From an uncultured Alistipes sp. (GTDB lineage: Bacteria; Bacteroidota; Bacteroidia; Bacteroidales; Rikenellaceae): a stretch of 52,841 nt of DNA. Shown one piece after another: positions 1 to 10,283 of this stretch. The notes beneath the pieces were generated by a model. That model did not search any database. It saw only the letters and a list, made by a program, of their open reading frames with translations, and was not told the origin of the DNA. The stretch covers positions 1-52,841 of the forward strand of contig CAZEXJ010000137.1 in the NCBI GenBank assembly GCA_964516585.1, in the 5' to 3' direction. The translations under genes were made by a program, and so were the position numbers. Each line of letters starts with the position of its first letter. Position 1 is the stretch's first letter.

Positions 1-224
1 GAGAATTGGCCGAAGAAGCACAATCGTTGGTGGCTGATTATGTTAAAGAGCAAACGTTGAGGCCGAGTGATGCCATGTTCGGCTTTTTCTTGATCGGTAG
101 AGAACCCGTTTCTGCTTCAATTTTAAACTTATCCATTGAGATTGATGGGGTGATTTATCCTTTCCAATATGATGTAACGCGCAAACAGATATCACCCCGA
201 AAAATTATAGATGTAGAGGAGTAG
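1..224 (+). CDS. 3' end of a hypothetical protein, probably truncated by the window edge
   Basis: Frame is open from the window edge to TAG at 222-224. Visibly more AT-rich than neighbouring genes. Confidence 0.5.
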   Translation, partial: ELAEEAQSLVADYVKEQTLRPSDAMFGFFLIGREPVSASILNLSIEIDGVIYPFQYDVTRKQISPRKIIDVEE

Positions 225-237
225 GGCGCAGCCGAAA

Positions 238-1011
238 CTATTGCGTTATGATCCGGTAATTCGACAGCGTGAGCGAGTATTCGCCGTTAAAGTAGTCGAT
301 AATGCCGTAGAGGCGGCATGTGCCGGAGGGAATGTGCGACAGGGCGTAGACGCATGAAGCGCGCGTGAGTACGGCGAGCCTGTTGCCGTTGTCATCGATG
401 ATGTGGCGGCAGGTGTCGGTCGGACGCGAAGTCTCTGGGTCGATGTCGCACCAAGTCATGCCGGACTCTTCGTCGACGAATCGCACCCGGTCGATCACCA
501 CGTAGCGCGATATGTCGGCCGTCGAGATGCAGTCGATCGTCGTTGGGTGGGCATCGGGCGGTGCATCGGCCGCGGACAGCACCTCGACGTAGTGGGGTAT
601 GTCGGACTCGGCGATGCGGTCGACTGTATATTGTGCTGTCGGCTGCGCGCCCAAGACGATCTTGCCGGCATAGTCGCCAAGAGCCAGCATCTGGCAATGT
701 ATGGTCACGCAGGAGTATAGCGGCATGATGACGTCGGTGCGCTCGGAGTCTACGGAGAGTTCTATGCCTCCGCTGCCGTCGGCCACGACGACCGTTTTGT
801 AAAATTCCGACAGCTTGTCGGTGGCCACTACGCGCCCCGTTATGGTGAGGTCTTGACGAATGGTGGTCGACGCACCTTTGCAGAGCGATTTAAGATAGGC
901 TATCGATACCTCCGACGGGTAGTCGTCGTGCTTGTCGGGCGCTGTCGACGAACTGCATGCCATGCAGCATAATGCGGCGAGCAGACTAATATGCCCTGCA
1001 ATCGCTTTCAT
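238..1011 (-). CDS. DUF5689-like OB-fold lipoprotein
   Basis: Lipoprotein-type signal (ALCCMAC). Motifs 'SIAYLKSL', 'ITGRVVATD..EFYKTVVVADGSGGIE' and 'GIIDYFNGEYSL'. Paralogue of the adjacent gene. Confidence 0.7.
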   Translation of the reverse strand: MKAIAGHISLLAALCCMACSSSTAPDKHDDYPSEVSIAYLKSLCKGASTTIRQDLTITGRVVATDKLSEFYKTVVVADGSGGIELSVDSERTDVIMPLYSCVTIHCQMLALGDYAGKIVLGAQPTAQYTVDRIAESDIPHYVEVLSAADAPPDAHPTTIDCISTADISRYVVIDRVRFVDEESGMTWCDIDPETSRPTDTCRHIIDDNGNRLAVLTRASCVYALSHIPSGTCRLYGIIDYFNGEYSLTLSNYRIITQ

Positions 1012-1786
1012 GGCGCATCTTCAATTGAAAACACTCGCGGCTGCCGCCGCTTTTGCCGTATTGCAATATGCCTGTCAGCTCGACATGGCCGTCGGGTATC
1101 CGGTGATCGGCATAGTCGGCATAACGGCGCGTGTAGACTACGATCGAGTCGCCCGACTGATCGTCGAACGTAGCGTAGCCGCTCCATACGGCGGGAGCGG
1201 CATATTCATCGTCTAAGACGGGTTGGCGCAAAAGCAGCGAGTCGATCGTGACGAGCCGGCCGCACATCTCGCGCCTAAGGTCGGATATGGCGACAGGCGT
1301 GGACTCGACGGCTGCAATCTCGTCGCCGCGCGTTATGTGCCGGTCGAGCAGCACTCTCGATGAGAAATAATCGGTGGCGTAACCGCTGTACGGAGCGGGG
1401 TAGCGGCCTATCTGCATCACGCCGTAGCTCTGGCCAAGAGCGCAGCCGCGCAGATCGATGCCAAGTTCGACGCCGGCAGGGTAGATCGTGGCCAGATCTG
1501 TGATGCCGGCCATGATCTCCACCGCGCCGCTGCCGTCCTCCACGACTATGCTTTTGTAGAAGTTGGCTTCGTCGTCGGATGTGGTAACGCGGCCGGCGAT
1601 TCGGATGTCGCCGTCGAGCAGCCGGGTATGGCCGTCGTACAACTCGCGAAGCGTGGCTATGGTGCAGTTGGACGCAGACAGCGATGCGCCTGTGTCGGGT
1701 ATTGGAGCGGAGTCGCAGCATGCCGCAGACGACAGCGCGACTGCAACGGCCGTAACGATGCCCGTTATTTTTTCTTTTCGATCCAT
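986..1786 (-). CDS. DUF5689-like OB-fold lipoprotein (true start MDRKEK at 1786)
   Basis: C-terminal part of the listed 986..2545 ORF. Hydrophobic signal ending in Cys. Motifs 'TIATLRELY', 'IAGRVTTSD..NFYKSIVVEDGSGAVE' and 'FQLKMR'. Overlaps the serB stop. Confidence 0.7.
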   Translation of the reverse strand: MDRKEKITGIVTAVAVALSSAACCDSAPIPDTGASLSASNCTIATLRELYDGHTRLLDGDIRIAGRVTTSDDEANFYKSIVVEDGSGAVEIMAGITDLATIYPAGVELGIDLRGCALGQSYGVMQIGRYPAPYSGYATDYFSSRVLLDRHITRGDEIAAVESTPVAISDLRREMCGRLVTIDSLLLRQPVLDDEYAAPAVWSGYATFDDQSGDSIVVYTRRYADYADHRIPDGHVELTGILQYGKSGGSRECFQLKMRHESDCRAY

Positions 1787-2994
1787 GAGTCTTTCAGGCC
1801 GAGGAAGTATAGTATGCCGTCGAGTCCTATGGTCGATATGGATTGCTGCGCCGTGGCGCGCACCTTGGGTTTGGCGTGGAACGCTATGCCGAGACCGGCG
1901 AGATTGAGCATCGGCAGGTCGTTGGCACCGTCGCCGACGGCTATGGCCTGCTGTATGTCGATGTTCTCGAACTGGCATAACAGCCTGAGCAGCTCGGCTT
2001 TGCGCCGACCGTCGACGATCTCTCCCACGTAGCGCCCGGTCAGTTTGCCGTCTTCGATCTCCAATTCGTTGGCATACACGTAGTCGAAGCCGAACTTCTG
2101 TTTGAGGGCGTTGCCGAAGTAGGTGAACCCTCCCGAGAGAATAGCCGTCTTGTAACCTACGCGTTTGAGGATGGTCATCATGCGGTCGACGCCCTCGGTT
2201 ATAGGCAGATTCTGCGCTATCTCGGCCATGACCGATTCGTCGAGACCTTTGAGCAGAGCCACACGCTCCTTGAAGCTCTCGCAGAAATCGATCTCGCCGC
2301 GCATGGCGCGTTCGGTTATCTCGCGCACCTTGTCGCCGACACCCGCGCGTTCGGCAAGCTCGTCGATGACTTCGGTTTTGATGAGTGTCGAGTCCATGTC
2401 GAAGCATATCAAACGACGCGAGCGGCGGAATATGCTGTCTTTCTGGAACGATATGTCGATCTCGCCGGTGTTGGTGAGTTCGACAAAGGAGTTCTGCATC
2501 TTGTTGCGGTCGGCGGGCGTTCCTCTGACAGAGAACTCTATGCACGACTTGGGCGCGCGCTCGTCCTCCTGCAACGGTACGCGGCCTGTCAGACGGTTTA
2601 TTGCGTCGATGTTTAGCCCCTGTTCGGTAATGGCGCGCGTGACGTGGGCTATGTGCTTGGCCGTCACCTGACGTCCCAACAGCGTGATGATATAGCGGTT
2701 CTTGCCCTGACGCAATACCCAGTCGCTGTACTCCTGCTCGGTAATAGGGGCGAATTTGATGTTGATATCCATCTCCGAAGCCTTGAACAGCAGGTCTTTC
2801 ATAATGAATCCCGACTTGTCGGAGGTCGTCTTGAAGAGTATGCCGAGAGTCAGCGAACGGTGTATGTTGGCCTGACCTATATCGAGAATAAAGGCGTCGT
2901 AGCGAGCCAAAATCTCCGTCAGCGACGAGGTCATGCCCGGCTTGTCTTCTCCCGAAATATTTATCTGGATTATCTCCACGTTGTTCTTGTCCAT
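1765..2994 (-). CDS. serB: Phosphoserine phosphatase with N-terminal ACT domains
   Basis: HAD motifs 'FDMDSTLI', 'LSGGF' and 'GDGANDLPML'. ACT motif 'GEDKPGMT'. ATG at 2994 follows a TATATTTG promoter element. Confidence 0.93.
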   Translation of the reverse strand: MDKNNVEIIQINISGEDKPGMTSSLTEILARYDAFILDIGQANIHRSLTLGILFKTTSDKSGFIMKDLLFKASEMDINIKFAPITEQEYSDWVLRQGKNRYIITLLGRQVTAKHIAHVTRAITEQGLNIDAINRLTGRVPLQEDERAPKSCIEFSVRGTPADRNKMQNSFVELTNTGEIDISFQKDSIFRRSRRLICFDMDSTLIKTEVIDELAERAGVGDKVREITERAMRGEIDFCESFKERVALLKGLDESVMAEIAQNLPITEGVDRMMTILKRVGYKTAILSGGFTYFGNALKQKFGFDYVYANELEIEDGKLTGRYVGEIVDGRRKAELLRLLCQFENIDIQQAIAVGDGANDLPMLNLAGLGIAFHAKPKVRATAQQSISTIGLDGILYFLGLKDSWIEKKK

Positions 2995-3092
2995 AGCGTG
3001 AAATTTAAATGCATCTACAAATATAGCATGTTTTTTGCAAAAATTAACTAACTTTGCCATGTAAAATCATGCAGCGGATTTAAGTGTTGATT

Positions 3093-4082
3093 ATGTCGAG
3101 ATTGATATCGTGGATAGATACTCCGGAGGCCTTGCAGGCCGTACACAGTGGCGCCGACACGCTGTCGCGTGCCGATAGTTTGTCTGCGCCGATCGAGTCG
3201 CCCGATTCGGTGGCGAGGGGCATCAAGGCCATAGAACACACACTCGACAAGGTCGCGGGTTTCGATTATCAATCTTTCTTAATGGACTTTGCCACCGACG
3301 CCGTGTGGGTGGTATTCAAGATCATCATCGCCATTGTACTCTACTACATCGGGCGGTGGCTCATAAGACGTCTGCTCGTGATTCTCAACCGCCTGTACGA
3401 GCGACGCAAGGTCGACAAGTCGCTGCGCTCGTTCCTGACAGGAATAGTGCAGGCGCTGGCCTATGTTGTGCTCATATTGACGATCGTTCAGGTGCTCGGC
3501 ATCAACACTACATCTTTGGTCGCTCTGCTGGCATCGGCCGGTTTGGCCGTAGGTATGGCGTTAAGCGGCACTCTGCAAAACTTCGCCGGCGGTGTAATGG
3601 TGCTGCTGTTCAAGCCCTACAAGGTGGGCGACTACATTACGGCTCAGGGGCAGTCGGGTACTGTGACCGACATACGCATATTTTCGACACAGATACTTAC
3701 GGTGGATCATCGGACTATATATATACCCAACAACTCTATCTCGACATCGATCATCGACAACTTCTCGCAGGCCGAGTTCCGGCGCGTGGATTGGACGGTG
3801 TCGGTGGAGTACGGCACCGATGCCGACCGTGTGCGCGAGGTGATATTGGAGCTGCTGCGCGCCGACAAGCGCGTGGTTTCGGAGCCTGCCGAGCCGGTGG
3901 TTTACCTGTCGGCCATGGGCGACAGCTCGGTCAGCTTCTCGGCGCGCGCATGGGTGCGCAATGCCGATTACTGGGATACATTCTTCGAGATCAACGAGAA
4001 GATATACAAAACATTGCCTGCCAAGGGCATAGCCTTCCCGTTCCCGCAACTCGACGTAACCATTAAAAACAATAATAATTGA
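3093..4082 (+). CDS. mscS: Small-conductance mechanosensitive channel
   Basis: 'GLAVGMALSGTLQNFAGG', 'PYKVGDYI', 'IPN', 'FPFPQLDV'. TAACTTTG at 3049-3056. Confidence 0.92.
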   Translation: MSRLISWIDTPEALQAVHSGADTLSRADSLSAPIESPDSVARGIKAIEHTLDKVAGFDYQSFLMDFATDAVWVVFKIIIAIVLYYIGRWLIRRLLVILNRLYERRKVDKSLRSFLTGIVQALAYVVLILTIVQVLGINTTSLVALLASAGLAVGMALSGTLQNFAGGVMVLLFKPYKVGDYITAQGQSGTVTDIRIFSTQILTVDHRTIYIPNNSISTSIIDNFSQAEFRRVDWTVSVEYGTDADRVREVILELLRADKRVVSEPAEPVVYLSAMGDSSVSFSARAWVRNADYWDTFFEINEKIYKTLPAKGIAFPFPQLDVTIKNNNN

Positions 4083-4084
4083 TT

Positions 4085-4510
4085 ATGGAACTGAAAGATA
4101 TTCTGGCTATCTCGGGTCAACCCGGACTTTTCAAGTATGTGGCGCAATCGACTCACGGCGTTATCGTCGAGTCGCTTACAGACGGCCGCAGAATGAACGC
4201 ATCGGCTACTTCGCGCGTTAGCGCATTGACCGAGATCTCCATGTTTACCGAGGGCGACGACATAGCTTTGGCCGAGGTATTCACCAAGATTTACAAATAT
4301 ACCGATGGCAAAGAGGCTATATCGCACAAGGAGTCGCCCGAGAAGATCAAGGCGTTTTTTGCCGAGGTGCTGCCCGACTACGACCGCGACCGCGTTCACG
4401 TATCGGACATGAAGAAGTGCTTTTCTTGGTACAATACTCTGGTAAAGGCCGGCTTTACCGAGTTCAAACTGCCTTCGGAGCAGAGTGCCGAGCAACCAGC
4501 AGAGGCATAG
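4085..4510 (+). CDS. Conserved Bacteroidota protein (DUF5606-like)
   Basis: 'ILAISGQPGLFK', 'LPDYDRDRVHVSDMKK..WYN'. Confidence 0.75.
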   Translation: MELKDILAISGQPGLFKYVAQSTHGVIVESLTDGRRMNASATSRVSALTEISMFTEGDDIALAEVFTKIYKYTDGKEAISHKESPEKIKAFFAEVLPDYDRDRVHVSDMKKCFSWYNTLVKAGFTEFKLPSEQSAEQPAEA

Positions 4511-4532
4511 CCGCATGCCGACGGCTGTCGAC

Positions 4533-4576
4533 AATGCACAAGGCCGATACTTGACGAAGTATCGGCCTTGTGCATT
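4533..4576. terminator. Perfect 20-bp hairpin between convergent genes; likely bidirectional terminator
   Basis: AATGCACAAGGCCGATACTT-GACG-AAGTATCGGCCTTGTGCATT. Confidence 0.75.
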
Positions 4577-4591
4577 ATAGTCGGTCGGCTG

Positions 4592-5614
4592 TCAGATGTC
4601 GTGCGACAGCGGTGCCGGGGTTATGTCGCGCATGTCGAAATCGCCCCAACGCTCGGCTATGCCGTCGAGCGTGGCGTTGATCTCCGCCGCATCGAACGAC
4701 GTGACTAACCTTAGGCGTGTCGGTTTGAAGTCGGGCAGCCCCTTGAAATAGTTCGACAAGTGCCGGCGCATTTCGAGAATGCCCACGCGGTCGCCCTTTA
4801 TCTCGATCGACTTGGCCAGATGCTCTTTGGCTATGGCCACGCGTTCGGCCACGCCGGGTTGAGGCAGCAGTTCGCCCGTTTCGAGATAGTGGCGGCACTC
4901 GCGGAATATCCACGGCCTGCCATATGTTGCGCGGCCTATCATCACGCCGTCGACCCCGTAGCGGTCGAACATCTCCTTGGCGCGCACGGCCGAGTCGACG
5001 TCGCCGTTGCCGATGATAGGTATGTGTATGGCGGGGTTGTTCTTCACCTTGCCTATGAGCGTCCAGTCGGCCTCGCCGCGATACATCTGCGACCGTGTGC
5101 GACCGTGTATCGTCAGAGCCGCTATGCCCACGTCTTGCAGACGCAAGGCTATCTCCTCTATGTTCTTGCACTCGTCGCTCCACCCTATGCGCGTCTTCAC
5201 CGTCACGGGTTTGTCGACGGCCTCCACTATGCGGCGCGTCATCTCCACCATGAGATCCACGTCGCGCATCATGCCCGAACCGGCACCGCGCGCGGCTATT
5301 TTCTTTACCGGACAGCCGAAGTTTATATCCACCATGTCGGGCCCGGCCGCTGCGGCAATGCGGGCAGCCTCCACCATAGGCTCGATCAGATGCCCGTAGA
5401 TCTGTATGCCGACAGGCCGCTCGGCGTCGCATATCGACAGTTTCGCGCGCGACTTCCATGCGTCGCGTATCAAACCGTCCGACGATATGAACTCAGTGTA
5501 GACCACATCGGCGCCGAATCGCTTGCACATATATCGAAACGACGGGTCGGTGACATCCTCCATGGGTGCCAGAAACAGCGGCTTGTCGCCCAAATCTATC
5601 TGCCCGATTTTCAT
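4592..5614 (-). CDS. dusB: tRNA-dihydrouridine synthase B
   Basis: 'LAPMEDVTD', 'DINFGCPVKK', 'VKTRIGW', 'IHGRTR', 'GNGDV', 'MIGR'. Confidence 0.93.
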   Translation of the reverse strand: MKIGQIDLGDKPLFLAPMEDVTDPSFRYMCKRFGADVVYTEFISSDGLIRDAWKSRAKLSICDAERPVGIQIYGHLIEPMVEAARIAAAAGPDMVDINFGCPVKKIAARGAGSGMMRDVDLMVEMTRRIVEAVDKPVTVKTRIGWSDECKNIEEIALRLQDVGIAALTIHGRTRSQMYRGEADWTLIGKVKNNPAIHIPIIGNGDVDSAVRAKEMFDRYGVDGVMIGRATYGRPWIFRECRHYLETGELLPQPGVAERVAIAKEHLAKSIEIKGDRVGILEMRRHLSNYFKGLPDFKPTRLRLVTSFDAAEINATLDGIAERWGDFDMRDITPAPLSHDI

Positions 5615-5634
5615 CGATTCAATGCTCTTGTCGA

Positions 5635-6036
5635 TTACAGTTTGCTCTTCTCGGCGATGATCTTGTCGATATAGGCCTTGATCTTGGGCGTCGGGTCTTC
5701 CCAGTTGTCGGGTTTGATGACCTTGCCGTCCTTGGGGTTGTAGTGGGGCTTGCCGTCAGGCCACAGCTTGGCCATGTTGGCCTTTTGCACGATGTCGAAC
5801 AGCTCGTCGGCCTCCAATCCCATTTCGACCATTGTGCCGAGTGCGAAGTACATCAGGTCGATCATGGCATCGGCCTGTTCGTATATGTCTTTGGCCACGA
5901 GAAATTCGGCTACCTCCTCGTTCATCCATTTGCCGCGTGAAAGTGCGCGTTTGCTGTCGATCATGCGCGGGGTTTCAGCCACGGGGTGCCCGAATTTTTC
6001 GTGAAATTCGCGAACGTCGTTCCATTCTTTTTTCAT
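5635..6036 (-). CDS. MazG-like all-alpha NTP pyrophosphohydrolase
   Basis: 'VREFHEKF', 'EEVAEF', 'DAMIDLMY', 'ANMAK', 'DGKVIKP'. Confidence 0.75.
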   Translation of the reverse strand: MKKEWNDVREFHEKFGHPVAETPRMIDSKRALSRGKWMNEEVAEFLVAKDIYEQADAMIDLMYFALGTMVEMGLEADELFDIVQKANMAKLWPDGKPHYNPKDGKVIKPDNWEDPTPKIKAYIDKIIAEKSKL

Positions 6037-6168
6037 AATACGATAAAATTTACAAGAATAAGCATTGGCAAAGGTATAAAAAATCGGGCGGAATGCAACT
6101 TATGTCATATTAAATATGTATATTTGCAAGCTGTTCAACACAATGTCGAATTTGTAATAAATGAAAAT

Positions 6169-8013
6169 ATGTGTGGTATCGTAGGTTACATAGGTAGTCG
6201 GAACGCTTATCCGATATTGATACAGGGACTGCACCGTTTGGAGTATCGCGGTTACGACAGCGCCGGAGTCGCATTGATAAACCAGTCGGGCGAGTTGAAA
6301 GTTTATAAAAGCAAGGGCAAGGTCGCAGCGTTGGAGCACTATGCCGAGGACAAGGATACCTCCGGCACGATAGGCATTGCACATACGCGCTGGGCGACCC
6401 ACGGCGAACCGAGCGACGTCAATGCCCACCCGCACTATTCGCAGTCGGACAATATTGCCATAGTGCACAACGGCACCATTGAGAACTATGCCGTCATCAA
6501 ACAGGCATTGATAGGTCATGGCTACACGTTCCGCAGCGACACCGATACGGAGGTCATCGTACAGTTGATCGAGTATATCATCGAGCAGAACTCCTGCTCG
6601 CTTTACGAGGCCGTTTTGCAGGCCACCAAAGAGGTGGTCGGCGCATACGCCATAGCGGTCATCGCCAAGAATAACCCCGACCAGATCATTGCCGCGCGTC
6701 GAAGCAGTCCGCTTGTCATCGGCATAGGCAACGACTTCTACTGTTTGGCCTCGGACGCCACGCCCATAGTGGAGTACACCAAAAAGGTGGTGTATTTGGA
6801 AGACGGCGAGATAGCCATTATCGACCGCAACAAGCCGTTGAAGATCATGACCGAGGAGAATGTCGAGTCGAAGGTCAACATCTGCAAGCTGCGCATGAGC
6901 ATATCGGAGTTGGAGAAGGGCGGCTACCCGCATTTCATGCTCAAAGAGATATTCGAACAACCCAAGACGCTGCTCGACTGCCTTAGCGGGCGTGTCAGCA
7001 TCGACGGCAAGAACGTAGCCATATCGGGCATCATCGACAATAAGGAGCGATTCCTGCGTGCCGAGCGCATCATCATCGTGGCCTGCGGCACCTCGTGGCA
7101 TGCCGGCCTGATCGGCAAGCATCTCATCGAGGATTTATGCCGCATACCCGTTACGGTGGAGTATGCCAGCGAGTTCCGTTACAGCAATCCCATAATCACC
7201 GACCGCGACATACTCTTCGCCATTTCACAGTCGGGCGAGACGGCCGACACGCTGGCCGCTTTGGAGCTTGCCAAGTCGCGCGGCGCGTTCGTCTTCGGTA
7301 TCTGCAACGTCATCGGATCGTCGATACCGCGCGCAACCGATTCGGGCTGCTATATTCACGTGGGTCCCGAGATCGGTGTGGCCTCGACCAAGGCCTTTAC
7401 CGGTCAGGTGACTGTGCTGGCCATGGTCGCTTTGGCCGTGGGACGCCTGCGCGGTACGGTATCGCAGGAGGTTTTCGAGCAGGTGGCTTCCGACCTGCGG
7501 CGCATCCCGTCGCTTATCGAGGAGGTGTTGAAGTTGAACGACCGCATAAAGGACCTGTCCAAGATCTTCACCTATGCCCATAACTTCCTCTATTTGGGGC
7601 GCGGTTACAACTATCCGGCAGCCATGGAGGGCGCGTTGAAACTTAAGGAGATCTCTTACATACACGCAGAGGGCTATCCTGCCGCCGAAATGAAACACGG
7701 TCCCATCGCTTTGATCGACAACGAGATGCCGACAGTCGTCATAGCAACGGCCGACAGCATCTACGACAAGACGGTCAGCAATATACAGCAGATCAAGGCT
7801 CGCGGCGGCCGTGTCATAGCCATAGTCACCAAGGGCGATAAGGAGGCATCGAGCATATCCGACTATGCGATCGAAATTCCCGAGGTCTCGGAGTGCCTGT
7901 CGCCGCTGTTGACATCGGTGCCGTTGCAGCTGTTAGCCTACTACATCGCCGTCAACAAGGGGCGCGATGTGGATCAACCGCGCAACCTCGCCAAGTCGGT
8001 GACGGTCGAATAA
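6169..8013 (+). CDS. glmS: Glutamine-fructose-6-phosphate aminotransferase
   Basis: Starts 'MCGIVGY'. 'RGYDSAG', 'HTRWATHG', 'SQSGETADT', C-terminal 'PRNLAKSVTVE'. TATATTTG at 6119-6126. Confidence 0.97.
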   Translation: MCGIVGYIGSRNAYPILIQGLHRLEYRGYDSAGVALINQSGELKVYKSKGKVAALEHYAEDKDTSGTIGIAHTRWATHGEPSDVNAHPHYSQSDNIAIVHNGTIENYAVIKQALIGHGYTFRSDTDTEVIVQLIEYIIEQNSCSLYEAVLQATKEVVGAYAIAVIAKNNPDQIIAARRSSPLVIGIGNDFYCLASDATPIVEYTKKVVYLEDGEIAIIDRNKPLKIMTEENVESKVNICKLRMSISELEKGGYPHFMLKEIFEQPKTLLDCLSGRVSIDGKNVAISGIIDNKERFLRAERIIIVACGTSWHAGLIGKHLIEDLCRIPVTVEYASEFRYSNPIITDRDILFAISQSGETADTLAALELAKSRGAFVFGICNVIGSSIPRATDSGCYIHVGPEIGVASTKAFTGQVTVLAMVALAVGRLRGTVSQEVFEQVASDLRRIPSLIEEVLKLNDRIKDLSKIFTYAHNFLYLGRGYNYPAAMEGALKLKEISYIHAEGYPAAEMKHGPIALIDNEMPTVVIATADSIYDKTVSNIQQIKARGGRVIAIVTKGDKEASSISDYAIEIPEVSECLSPLLTSVPLQLLAYYIAVNKGRDVDQPRNLAKSVTVE

Positions 8014-8032
8014 TCCGAAAGCGCGACAGACG

Positions 8033-8629
8033 ATGGAGATCACCAAGGCTGTTTTCAAGTGCAGTTCCGAGCGCATCTCGCAGGTCCCGAAAGACGACCT
8101 GCGAGATGTGGCGTTCATCGGGCGCAGCAACGTGGGCAAGTCGTCGCTCATCAATATGCTGACGGGCAACAGGTCGTTGGCCAAGGTGTCGGGCACGCCG
8201 GGCAAAACTCGGCTCATCAACCACTTCCTGATAAACGACAGCTGGTATTTAGTCGATCTGCCGGGTTACGGCTATGCCAAGGTGTCGCGCACCGCGCGCG
8301 GCGAGTTTTCGAAACTTATCACCGACTACGTACTCCAATGCCAAAAGATGCACTACCTGTTCGTGTTAGTCGACTCGCGGCTCGAACCGCAGCGCATCGA
8401 TCTTCGGTTCATCGAGATGTTGGGGCGTGAGGGCATACCTTTCGGCATCATCTTCACCAAGACCGACAAGATCTCGCAGGCTGTGCTCAGTCGCAATGTA
8501 AAGACCTATCGCACAACGCTCTCTGAACAGTGGGAGGAGCTGCCGGCGATGTTCTTCTCGTCGAGCGCCAAGGGCACCGGCCGCAAGGAGATACTCGACC
8601 ACATAGCAAATTGTTTAGAACAATGTTGA
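8033..8629 (+). CDS. engB: Ribosome biogenesis GTPase YihA/YsxC
   Basis: 'GRSNVGKSS', 'PGKT', 'DLPGYG', 'TKTD'. Confidence 0.95.
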   Translation: MEITKAVFKCSSERISQVPKDDLRDVAFIGRSNVGKSSLINMLTGNRSLAKVSGTPGKTRLINHFLINDSWYLVDLPGYGYAKVSRTARGEFSKLITDYVLQCQKMHYLFVLVDSRLEPQRIDLRFIEMLGREGIPFGIIFTKTDKISQAVLSRNVKTYRTTLSEQWEELPAMFFSSSAKGTGRKEILDHIANCLEQC

Positions 8630-8709
8630 AAAGTCGGCGCATAAAGTGTCCGGTTTTTCATTTCGTATTATTATCTTTGTAATACAAATAAAACCTCATA
8701 CTTCTACTT

Positions 8710-9651
8710 ATGGCTATCCACAAAATAAAATTTTTCGCCGGCAGGGGATCTCGTTACCTTGCCGAGAAAATCGCGGCCGAGTACGGCACTACGCTCGGCG
8801 ATTCGGACGTGTTGCAGTTCAGCGACGGTGAGTTTCAACCGGCCTACAACGAATCTATTCGCGGCTGTACGGTATTTATCATCCAGTCGACGTTTCCGCC
8901 TTCGGACAATCTGATGGAGCTGTTGATGATGGTCGATGCCGCCCGTCGCGCCTCGGCCTATCACATTATCGCCGTAATACCTTATTTCGGTTGGGCGCGA
9001 CAGGATCGCAAGGACCGTCCGCGTGTCCCTATTACGGCGCGTTTAGTGGCCAATATGCTCGTTGCAGCGGGTGTCGATCGCATAATGACGATGGATCTGC
9101 ATGCCGACCAGATACAGGGGTTCTTCGACCAGCCTGTCGACGCACTCTATGCCAGCGGCATATTCGTACCATATATCAATAAATTGGGTATCGACAATCT
9201 CTCCATAGCGGCTCCCGACATGGGCGGCGCCAAGCGTGCCAGCACGTATGCCAAACATCTCGGCGCACCGATTGTCATCTCGCATAAGGAGCGTGCCAAG
9301 GCCAACGTCGTGGGCAGCATGACCGCCATAGGCGATGTCGAAGGCCGCAACGTCATCATCGTCGACGACATGATCGACACGGCCGGTACGATCTGCATGG
9401 CCGCCGACATGCTCAAACAGCGCGGCGCCAAGAGCGTTCGTGCCGCGATAACCCACCCCGTGCTGTCGGGCAAGGCCTACGAGCGTATCAACGCGAGCGA
9501 ATTGGAGGAGGTCATCACCACCGATACCATTCCGTTGAAAGCGGGCGAGGACCTGCACAAGTTCACCGTGTTGAGTGTAGCTCCCATATTCGCCGATGTT
9601 ATCGAGCGCGTACACAATTACAAATCAATAAGTTCGATATTCTACAAATAG
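8710..9651 (+). CDS. prs: Ribose-phosphate pyrophosphokinase
   Basis: 'FSDGE', 'PYFGWARQDRK', 'DLHADQIQGFF', 'VDDMIDTAGT'. TATCTTTG at 8672-8679. Confidence 0.96.
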   Translation: MAIHKIKFFAGRGSRYLAEKIAAEYGTTLGDSDVLQFSDGEFQPAYNESIRGCTVFIIQSTFPPSDNLMELLMMVDAARRASAYHIIAVIPYFGWARQDRKDRPRVPITARLVANMLVAAGVDRIMTMDLHADQIQGFFDQPVDALYASGIFVPYINKLGIDNLSIAAPDMGGAKRASTYAKHLGAPIVISHKERAKANVVGSMTAIGDVEGRNVIIVDDMIDTAGTICMAADMLKQRGAKSVRAAITHPVLSGKAYERINASELEEVITTDTIPLKAGEDLHKFTVLSVAPIFADVIERVHNYKSISSIFYK

Positions 9652-9727
9652 AGCAAGATTTGTCTATATACGACCAGTGCCGTTGTCCTTTCGGGCAACG
9701 GCACTGTTTTGTTCGCTCTTTTGCCGG

Positions 9728-10096
9728 CTATTTGCGGAATATGAAATATACGGCCAATATCAGACATCCGAATCCTGCCATATGATTCCATTTCAAGGCA
9801 TCGCCCTTCATGAACACCACCACGAAAAGCGTGAATACCACTAACGATATAACCTCCTGAATAACCTTTAACTGCCATATGGTGAACGGACCTCCCAACT
9901 CGGCGCTGCCGATGCGGTTGGCCGGCACCTGAAAACAGTACTCGAACAGGGCTATCGCCCAACTGATGACGACTATCGCCGCCAATCCGTACCTCTCCAA
10001 ACGCGACTTGAAGGCTATGTGTCCATACCACGCCAATGTCATGAATACGTTGGAGCACACCAACAGTGCAATCGTTGCAATACCGCGCAATAACAT
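9728..10096 (-). CDS. Small DMT-family membrane protein (DUF486-like)
   Basis: 'SNVFMTLAWYGH', 'SWAIALFEYCFQVPANRIG', 'QLKVIQEVISL'. Confidence 0.85.
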   Translation of the reverse strand: MLLRGIATIALLVCSNVFMTLAWYGHIAFKSRLERYGLAAIVVISWAIALFEYCFQVPANRIGSAELGGPFTIWQLKVIQEVISLVVFTLFVVVFMKGDALKWNHMAGFGCLILAVYFIFRK

Positions 10097-10283
10097 AACC
10101 GTTAATTTTTATAGCGGCGACAAAGTTACTACAAAAATCCTCTGTTTGAACACTTCTCCGCTCTTTTTGTGACGAATGTTGCCGTCGGCGCGATCTCTGT
10201 GCGTCGATAGCGGCGGCCGGTCGCAGCTGCTGCGGGCGTGATATGCGGGTTCATGCGCAAAAACAGGAGAGGGGTCATTCGCC

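Noticed and set aside
1787..2545. N-terminal extension of the 519-aa ORF 986..2545
   Set aside because: It is an alternative frame inside serB with Arg-rich nonsense composition. The real protein starts at ATG 1786 with a signal peptide.
6037..6168. glmS ribozyme in the glmS leader
   Set aside because: The leader is short and AT-rich with divergent promoter elements, and I see no ribozyme core.
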